Shown piece after piece: positions 1 through 5,318 of a stretch of 32,000 bases of DNA. Numbering within the stretch: the first letter of the stretch is position 1; every line of letters begins with the position of its first letter. Location: contig JAMWCX010000003.1 in NCBI GenBank assembly GCA_023818895.1, positions 150,001 through 182,000 of the forward strand. The letters are read 5' to 3'. The notes below the pieces were generated by a model that searched no databases, had not been told where the DNA came from, and saw only the letters and a program-made list of their open reading frames with translations. The position numbers and the translations under genes were made by a program. The stretch is from Candidatus Omnitrophota bacterium. GTDB lineage: Bacteria; Omnitrophota; Gorgyraeia; 2-01-FULL-45-10.

Positions 1-788
1 CATATGTTATGTATATTTCGAGGTAATTCTAAAGGTAAATAATTAACTTTATCTTTCATTAGTCGCCAATCACCATCTACCCCATTCTTACCACTTTGAA
101 TGCTTACTGAGAATGTCCTGTTATTAACAACGGTTACTCTTACATCTATTTTGTTTGAAAGGAATTCTTGAAATATTGCAGGCGAAGACGATAATGTCTT
201 TCGACGAATATTAGATACGCTTATAGGATTAGTATATATAAATGCATCTTTTTTGGATATTTTTAATACTACCGAATCTACCGTTTTAATCGCTAATCTT
301 TTCTGTCCTGGGAAATAATTGTTTATAGCTTTATCTGTATTGGTAATTATTGTTTTTGGTATCTTAAAACCAACGGCCTTTGCCATATGAATTTGGAAAG
401 GTTTACTTTCTGCTGCGTATGTAGCCTTTGGATGATTAATCCATAAGCAGTCTTTAAATATCATTAGCCCTCTATTAAAAGCTGCCCATTGCGTCCTACT
501 TAACTGTTCAATAGGAGTGAGATTAGGATTATAGTTATCTCTTAAAAAAGTAGGTCTTCTAAAGAATATAGACTTTAAACTTTTATTAGTTATTTCAAAC
601 TTTATATTCTCAAATTTCCCTGCTAACTTTGACTCAATAGGAAATAGATTTATATCCATATTCACGAAGTCTTCTTGATTTAATCTAAGATAGGGTTTCC
701 TACGTTTTCTTAATTCCGCCGCAATATAATCTGATGCGAAGTCATATTTATTAGATAATATAAGAATTTCTGGCCTTAAGCTTTTCAT
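1..788 (-). CDS. ATP-grasp ligase, MvdD/RimK-like (N-terminal 262 codons only; C-terminus lies beyond the window start)
   Basis: It is absent from the ORF track because it has no stop in the window. I checked the frame codon by codon: ATG at 788-786, open to base 1. The N-terminus is MKSLRPEILILSNKYDFASDYIAAELRKRRKPYLRLNQEDF. Later segments AESKPFQIHMAKAVGFKIPKT, IDVRVTVVNN and GDWR resemble ATP-grasp peptide maturases/RimK. Assignment is by motif memory. Confidence 0.6.
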   Translation of the reverse strand, partial: MKSLRPEILILSNKYDFASDYIAAELRKRRKPYLRLNQEDFVNMDINLFPIESKLAGKFENIKFEITNKSLKSIFFRRPTFLRDNYNPNLTPIEQLSRTQWAAFNRGLMIFKDCLWINHPKATYAAESKPFQIHMAKAVGFKIPKTIITNTDKAINNYFPGQKRLAIKTVDSVVLKISKKDAFIYTNPISVSNIRRKTLSSSPAIFQEFLSNKIDVRVTVVNNRTFSVSIQSGKNGVDGDWRLMKDKVNYLPLELPRNIHNI

Positions 789-802
789 AAACTTAAAATT
801 TC

Positions 803-1030
803 TTATTCGCCTTTTTGATCTTCACCCGTTTCTAAATCGGCTTTTTTAGTCCCGGCCATGGGTTTGTTTATATCTTTTGACTTTACTAAAAATACTTCTT
901 CATTTTCTTCTCTACGCATCCAACCGCCATTTTCAAAATCATAATGGCAACCATCGGGTTGCAAAGACCTTCTTTTCTGTGAATATATATAAGCTTTTTC
1001 AATCAGTATATGACTAGACCGTTCCTTCAT
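803..1030 (-). CDS. 75-aa small protein with a Thr/Lys/Asp/Glu-rich C-terminal tail (candidate ATP-grasp substrate/precursor)
   Basis: The track ORF is 803..1057, but the internal ATG at 1030 is preceded by a perfect SD (AAAGGAGGTATTTTATG). It ends 14 nt upstream of the ATP-grasp start. The tail is ...KPMAGTKKADLETGEDQKGE. Confidence 0.5.
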   Translation of the reverse strand: MKERSSHILIEKAYIYSQKRRSLQPDGCHYDFENGGWMRREENEEVFLVKSKDINKPMAGTKKADLETGEDQKGE

Positions 1031-1063
1031 AAAATACCTCCTTTCTTTAAAAAACAATCTTTG

Positions 1064-1252
1064 TTAAATAATATAAACACTCCTTGAGGCATGCCATTTA
1101 TATCCACATTTAGGACATTCTGTTCGTTTTGTGCCTGCCAATAAAGCTAATAACCCAATCGGAAAGAAAAAAATTGATACAAGAATTTGCCATGTAGCAA
1201 ATCCAGCTTTATCGACTAATTCTCCACACTTACAACAAGGAACTTTTGCCAT
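1064..1252 (-). CDS. 62-aa split zinc-ribbon membrane protein
   Basis: The CCKCG and CPKCGYKW cysteine pairs flank a hydrophobic hairpin (WQILVSIFFFPIGLLALLAG). It sits in the same-strand operon. Confidence 0.5.
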   Translation of the reverse strand: MAKVPCCKCGELVDKAGFATWQILVSIFFFPIGLLALLAGTKRTECPKCGYKWHASRSVYII

Positions 1253-1279
1253 AAAATAATTTGGTAGTTTGCTATCGCT

Positions 1280-1666
1280 TTAATTTCTTGCAATCAAAAT
1301 ATCTCTGCTATTCCATAAGAACCAAGCAATTAACCCACCGCCCCAATAAACTATTATGTCTAGAAAGTCTCCTGTTCCTCGATACAAACAATAAGGACCC
1401 AGAAATTCAAAGAAGACGGACCAAATAGTTAAAACACTTATTATTTCAATGAGAGTAGGAGGCCTACAGTCTCTATGGCCAATTTTATGTATCACAAATA
1501 ATAAGAGGGGTAAACAGCAAGGCACTAGGAGTAAATCATTGAAATAATATAACTGGATGGCACTCAAAGAATGAAACTTCAACGTTATAAAAAACTTATT
1601 TAAAATATAAGCGGATAGGGCTATAATGAATATAGGATCAGAAAGATAATTAAATTTATTCTTCAT
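1280..1666 (-). CDS. 128-aa integral membrane protein (about 4 TM segments), function unknown
   Basis: Several hydrophobic segments (IFIIALSAYIL, LLLVPCCLPLLLFVI, IISVLTIWSVFFEFL, GGGLIAWFLW). Its start lies 4 nt from the stop of the upstream small gene. Confidence 0.6.
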   Translation of the reverse strand: MKNKFNYLSDPIFIIALSAYILNKFFITLKFHSLSAIQLYYFNDLLLVPCCLPLLLFVIHKIGHRDCRPPTLIEIISVLTIWSVFFEFLGPYCLYRGTGDFLDIIVYWGGGLIAWFLWNSRDILIARN

Positions 1667-1669
1667 GAA

Positions 1670-1846
1670 TTAAAGACCTATGGATATAACTATTACAGCT
1701 GTTATTATTGCTCCTACTATTAGCAAAAACCAGCCGCAGCCACTCATGCCCTGAGAAGTTTCTTTTAACCGATACCCGCAATGAGGACAGGAAACAGCCT
1801 GATCAGATATTTCTTTTTTACATTCGGGACAATTAACAATAGGCAT
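1670..1846 (-). CDS. 58-aa zinc-ribbon protein with a C-terminal TM helix (below the ORF-track size cut-off)
   Basis: Hand translation gives MPIVNCPECKKEISDQAVSCPHCGYRLKETSQGMSGCGWFLLIVGAIITAVIVISIGL*. A strong SD precedes it (AAAAAGGGGAGATATTATG). It has the CPxC...CPxC ribbon plus a TM tail. Confidence 0.55.
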   Translation of the reverse strand: MPIVNCPECKKEISDQAVSCPHCGYRLKETSQGMSGCGWFLLIVGAIITAVIVISIGL

Positions 1847-1945
1847 AATATCTCCCCTTTTTTAACATTTCTAATGTCTTGACATATTTTAAATCATGTC
1901 TAGATTCATTAATTTAACTAGCAAATATTATGCAACATAACTAAT

Positions 1946-2146
1946 CTAATGTTTTCTCCCAGCCAATTCATCTATTGAGACCTCAAAAACATCCGCTAAT
2001 TTAGAAAGAGTCTCAAAGGTTGGGTTCTTTGCCTTCCCTGACTCAATCTTAGAAATTGTATTATATGAAATATCAACCAATCTGGCAAGTTTCTCTTGTG
2101 ATAACTTCTTTCGTTTTCTTAATTTTTTCAAATTTTCAGCAAGCAT
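1946..2146 (-). CDS. XRE-family helix-turn-helix transcriptional regulator (66 aa)
   Basis: LKKLRKRKKLSQEKLARLVDISYNTISKIESGKAKNPTFETLSKLADVFEVSIDEL is a canonical HTH_3/XRE pattern. Confidence 0.85.
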   Translation of the reverse strand: MLAENLKKLRKRKKLSQEKLARLVDISYNTISKIESGKAKNPTFETLSKLADVFEVSIDELAGRKH

Positions 2147-2152
2147 TTATAC

Positions 2153-2181
2153 TTGACTTCGAGTAAATTACTCATTATAAT
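2153..2181 (+). promoter_or_regulatory. Near-consensus sigma70 promoter reading rightward (TTGACT-17 nt-TATAAT)
   Basis: TTGACT at 2153-2158, an exactly 17-nt spacer, TATAAT at 2176-2181. It is divergent from the XRE gene. The predicted TSS is about 2188, upstream of the hairpin array and the recombinase. Confidence 0.6.
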
Positions 2182-2188
2182 ACGAGTA
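2160..2188. promoter_or_regulatory. Operator-like repeat set overlapping the promoter: (C)GAGTA-aat-TACTC-N10-(C)GAGTA
   Basis: GAGTA at 2161-2165, TACTC at 2169-2173 and GAGTA at 2184-2188. The N10 spacer contains the -10 hexamer. The set lies 14-42 nt upstream of the XRE start codon. Confidence 0.35.
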
Positions 2189-2274
2189 TCAAAGGTTATA
2201 TATTATCATTTATATTATACTACTAAAAGTCTTTTTTAAAAAGTAAATTTTTGCCACTGTAAAGGGTAGTCGTT

Positions 2275-2620
2275 GGGGCGGGCGTGCCCGCACCACGCCC
2301 GCCCCAGAGATTTGGTTTTGAAGCACTGCGCGTGAGAAGCTTTGCCTCCCGCCTTTGTGGGAGTTTTTAGATTGTTGTAGGCGGGAGAGCGGACGAATCC
2401 GCTCTTTAAAATTCTGGTTTTACTTATAAAAAATCTTGAAGTAAGGACGCTTGCGTCTTGCGTTGAGTTTTTTAGGTTGTGCTCGCAAGACGCAAAGCAA
2501 AGCTTAAACCCGCAATAACATTAGCAAGAAGCCAGCCGGCCCAGGCTGGCGCCGAATGAGCCCCGCTCCCAAGCGGGGCGAATGGGGCGCGGGAGATGTG
2601 GGAGCGCCCCAAGGCGCGGC
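2275..2620 (+). ncRNA. Candidate structured non-coding RNA or leader (unclassified GC-rich hairpin array)
   Basis: Hairpins read directly from the sequence. H1: 2275-2286/2294-2305 (12 bp). H2: 2346-2353/2380-2387 (8 bp). H2b: 2386-2393/2398-2405 (8 bp, CGAA loop). H3: 2451-2462/2484-2495 (12 bp). H4: 2531-2537/2544-2550 (7 bp). H5: 2561-2566/2573-2578 (6 bp). H6: 2584-2590/2604-2610 (7 bp). An enclosing pair is 2551-2554/2617-2620. I found no credible ORF. It lies downstream of the consensus promoter. The strand is inferred from that promoter. Confidence 0.3.
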
Positions 2621-2673
2621 TAAAGATTGATAAAATTATGGCGGTAAAACATTCTGATTTCGTCGCAAGAACA

Positions 2674-2810
2674 CCGCCAGTCAGGACAGCCCTGCGATTT
2701 CGCGATGAAGTCGTAGGGCTTTTTATATGTAACGCATAGGGTTGTGTCTTTTAGGATGAGGTTCGAGCCGCAAATTTTCAAAAAATCTTTTTTGGGGCTT
2801 AAAATTTCCT
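2674..2810. repeat. Left arm of a perfect 137-bp inverted repeat (IR-L)
   Basis: I reverse-complemented 4220-4356 by hand and it is identical to 2674-2810 at all 137 positions. The match breaks on both sides (2673/4357 and 2811/4219). Confidence 0.95.
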
Positions 2811-2913
2811 ATTCGCTGAAAGCGAATAAGTAAATTTTTGAGGTTAATCAAGACCTCAAAAACTTTCTTTGCCAAGCGACAGAACAATAATTTTTTATAA
2901 GGAGGGTTAGACC

Positions 2914-4401
2914 ATGCCAAAATACTACTTATACGCCCGCAAGTCAACGGATGATGAAGACAGGCAGATATTGTCTATTGGATCTCAACTCAATGAACTC
3001 CGGGAATACGCTCAACGGGAAAATTTGTTTCTACTGGAGGAATTTATCGAAACCAAGACCGCTAAGAAACCCGGCAGACCTATCTTCGACTTTATGCTTA
3101 AGCAGATTGAGGCGGGCGTAGCTAACGGTATTTTGGCATGGCATCCGGACAGGCTTGCCCGTAACTCTGTAGACGGCGGAAAGATTATCTATTTAGTAGA
3201 TGTTGGTAAGATTCTTGACCTTCGCTTCCCCACTCTTCGCTTTGATAACTCTGCCCAAGGAAAGTTTATGCTCTCTATCGCCTTCGGGCAAAGTAAATAT
3301 TATGTTGATAATCTTTCCGAGAATATTAAGCGCGGGATGAGGGAAAAGTTAAGACGCGGAATCTGGCCTAATTGGGCCCCACTTGGTTATCTGAATAATT
3401 ACAAAGAACACAATATCTACCTTGATCCGGAAAAGGCTCAGTTTGTAAGGAAGATTTTTGAACTCTATGCCACAGATAGTTATACCCTCTCATCAATGGT
3501 TGAAGAAATTCGCAGGTGGGGCCTTACAGGAAGCATGGGCAAGCCTGTCTGTAAATCGCAACTGGCAAGGTTATTGAGGAATCCGATTTATTACGGTGTA
3601 TTCAAGTTTAACGGTGAAATGTATGAAGGAAGCCACCCGCCGCTTATCTCTAAGAAACTTTTTGATAGCGTGCAGGATATTTTGGACAACCGCCACCGCA
3701 ATCATAAACCCGCAGAAACGAAATATGCCCTTACCGGGTTAGTAAAGTGTGATTACTGCGGTTGTGCAATTACCGCAGAGAAACAAAAAGGACACATTTA
3801 TTACCACTGCACCAAAAAGAAAGGCCCCTGCTCAAGCAAAAAGTTTCTTAGAGAAGAGGCTTTGCTTTCTCAAATAAACGAAGCGATCAAAAAAGTTTTT
3901 ATAGACGATTCAACAAAAGACAAAATGATTAACCGCTTTGACGAACTCTTCCAAGAGGAAAGCAAAGCCTCCTCTTCTCTATCTCAAGAAGTTAAAAACC
4001 GAATCAGCGAATTTGATGCAAAACTTGAGCGACTCGTTGACATCTTCATTGACCGCCAGATTACTCAAGAGGAATACACCAAAAGGAAGGCAAAACTGCT
4101 CAACGATAAGAAGGATTTAGAAGGGAAACTCAAAGAGATAGAGAAAAGCGGCGGCGGGTGGCTCGAACCGGCAAAACAATTCGTAACTACTTGTAATAGA
4201 GCTGGTTCTGTCGCTTGGCAGGAAATTTTAAGCCCCAAAAAAGATTTTTTGAAAATTTGCGGCTCGAACCTCATCCTAAAAGACACAACCCTATGCGTTA
4301 CATATAAAAAGCCCTACGACTTCATCGCGAAATCGCAGGGCTGTCCTGACTGGCGGAGAGGCAGGGATTTGAACCCTGGATACCGGCTTTCACCAGTATA
4401 G
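2914..4401 (+). CDS. Large serine recombinase (resolvase catalytic domain + recombinase domain + zinc ribbon + coiled coil)
   Basis: YLYARKSTDDEDRQ...SIGSQ and HPDRLARN are the catalytic-domain motifs. LRNPIYYGV marks the recombinase domain. CDYCG...YYHC is the zinc ribbon, followed by a coiled coil (EFDAKLERLVDIFIDRQITQEEYTKRKAKL). SD GGAGGG at 2901-2906. The last 15 codons (4357-4401, RGRDLNPGYRLSPV*) are antisense of tRNA-Ser, so the C-terminal tail is context dependent. Confidence 0.9.
   Translation: MPKYYLYARKSTDDEDRQILSIGSQLNELREYAQRENLFLLEEFIETKTAKKPGRPIFDFMLKQIEAGVANGILAWHPDRLARNSVDGGKIIYLVDVGKILDLRFPTLRFDNSAQGKFMLSIAFGQSKYYVDNLSENIKRGMREKLRRGIWPNWAPLGYLNNYKEHNIYLDPEKAQFVRKIFELYATDSYTLSSMVEEIRRWGLTGSMGKPVCKSQLARLLRNPIYYGVFKFNGEMYEGSHPPLISKKLFDSVQDILDNRHRNHKPAETKYALTGLVKCDYCGCAITAEKQKGHIYYHCTKKKGPCSSKKFLREEALLSQINEAIKKVFIDDSTKDKMINRFDELFQEESKASSSLSQEVKNRISEFDAKLERLVDIFIDRQITQEEYTKRKAKLLNDKKDLEGKLKEIEKSGGGWLEPAKQFVTTCNRAGSVAWQEILSPKKDFLKICGSNLILKDTTLCVTYKKPYDFIAKSQGCPDWRRGRDLNPGYRLSPV
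4220..4356. repeat. Right arm of the perfect 137-bp inverted repeat (IR-R)
   Basis: It covers the last ~45 codons of the recombinase body (QEILSPKKDFLKICGSNLILKDTTLCVTYKKPYDFIAKSQGCPDWR). It also covers the terminal 6 nt (CCGCCA) of tRNA-Ser. Confidence 0.95.
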
Positions 4402-4444
4402 CGGTTTAGCAAACCGCCGCCCTAGGCCACTAGGCGACCTCTCC
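4351..4444 (-). tRNA. tRNA-Ser (anticodon GCT), CCA encoded
   Basis: Hand fold: acceptor GGAGAGG/CCTCTCC, anticodon stem GCGGT/ACCGC with loop TTGCTAA, a long variable arm (type II), T arm CAGGG-TTCAAAT-CCCTG, discriminator G, then CCA. Confidence 0.9.
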
Positions 4445-4661
4445 GATGTTATAAAGCAATTTTGGAGATGGGAAAATATTAAAATCTTTTAAAAAATAGA
4501 ACTTTGATTATCTCCTCTTTAAAATAGATCCTATTTAAGCTGCATTTGATTATACCACATTCCTATCATACCTTATCATAAGATTTTTGGTGGTAAAAAG
4601 CATATTTTCCAAGGTAAGTATTAACCGGAATTTCTAAGGTTTTTTGTCGGATGTTGCCAGA

Positions 4662-5300
4662 TTATTTAAAAATACGCGTGCCGTTGCGCTGATGCTTGTA
4701 CCTGAAGGTGCTGGTGCTGGGAAGATTATTGCTATCGGCCATAAACATCGTCTCAACAAGCGCATATGTGCCGTCACCGCAGCGCACAGCATAAATCCGA
4801 CCAGGTGCTCCGCTTGCTGCATCCTTGTATCCGGAGGCAGGCGCCTCGACTACGTTTTCAAGGCCAACGGGGCCCAGATCTACGAGGCCACCGCGGGATT
4901 CTATCCAGCCCTCGCGGCGCCTGAAGTCTGACTGGACCGGAAAAGGCGAAGTCTCCCGCGTCTTCGACCGGGTTGAAAAGTTAAAACCCTCTATGTCGAA
5001 ATTAGGCGGATGAGGAAGCTTGTACTGCGTCAGGGTAAAATTGCCAATGGTCACCTGCGACGCGGCCGGCGAGGCCGGGACCGGCGGGGTAGCCCCGCCG
5101 GTCCCGCCAGTCGTGCCGCCTGTCCCGCCGCCCGCTCCGGGCTGATCGCCAGTTCCGTCCCTGGCCGCTATCTTGATCTTCTCAATGACCTTCTCGCCAA
5201 GTCCGCTTGAGTCCGCTATTTCGGGCGAAAGCGTCGCGTAGACGAGGTCGCCGCGCAGGTTCCGCAGCCTCATGGAGCCTTCCTCGAGGGCGAACAGCAT
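4662..5300 (-). CDS. C-terminal fragment of P2 (212 aa): last strands of the NTF2-like module + Gly/Pro linker + C-terminal beta domain
   Basis: MLFALEEGSMRLRNLRGDLVYATLSPEIADSSGL aligns with P1 MMFVIEDGRMKIQNLRGNLIYATLSPEIAESSGL. VEAPASGY...GRIYAVRCGDGTYALV aligns with P1 VEAPTSGY...GDVYVFITRGGLYGKL. Confidence 0.6.
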   Translation of the reverse strand: MLFALEEGSMRLRNLRGDLVYATLSPEIADSSGLGEKVIEKIKIAARDGTGDQPGAGGGTGGTTGGTGGATPPVPASPAASQVTIGNFTLTQYKLPHPPNFDIEGFNFSTRSKTRETSPFPVQSDFRRREGWIESRGGLVDLGPVGLENVVEAPASGYKDAASGAPGRIYAVRCGDGTYALVETMFMADSNNLPSTSTFRYKHQRNGTRIFK

Positions 5301-5318
5301 CGTCGTGTTGCCTTTCGT

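Larger units (their letters stand above)
1..4350. mobile_element. Putative integrative/foreign element (partial; left end beyond window) abutting tRNA-Ser
   Basis: Bases 1-2270 are AT-rich by eye compared with the rest of the window. The block carries an XRE switch region and a large serine recombinase and ends next to a tRNA gene. No second att-type boundary is visible in the window. Confidence 0.4.

Noticed and set aside
2275-2620. A CRISPR array or simple terminator stack as the explanation for the hairpin region
   Set aside because: No constant repeat recurs at regular spacing, and the stems all differ. The hairpins lack adjacent U-tracts on either strand.
2835-2862. Hairpin TTTTTGAGGT-taatcaag-ACCTCAAAAA as a bidirectional intrinsic terminator upstream of the recombinase
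   Set aside because: The T-run precedes the stem and the A-run follows it, the opposite of what a terminator needs on either strand. It may still be a binding or structural site, but I cannot support a call.
4445-4661. Promoter for tRNA-Ser (minus-strand TGGTATAAT around 4548-4556) and small ORFs in the AT-rich spacer
   Set aside because: The extended -10-like element is about 100 nt from the mature 5' end and I found no good -35. The ORFs are under 10 codons. The evidence is too weak to call.
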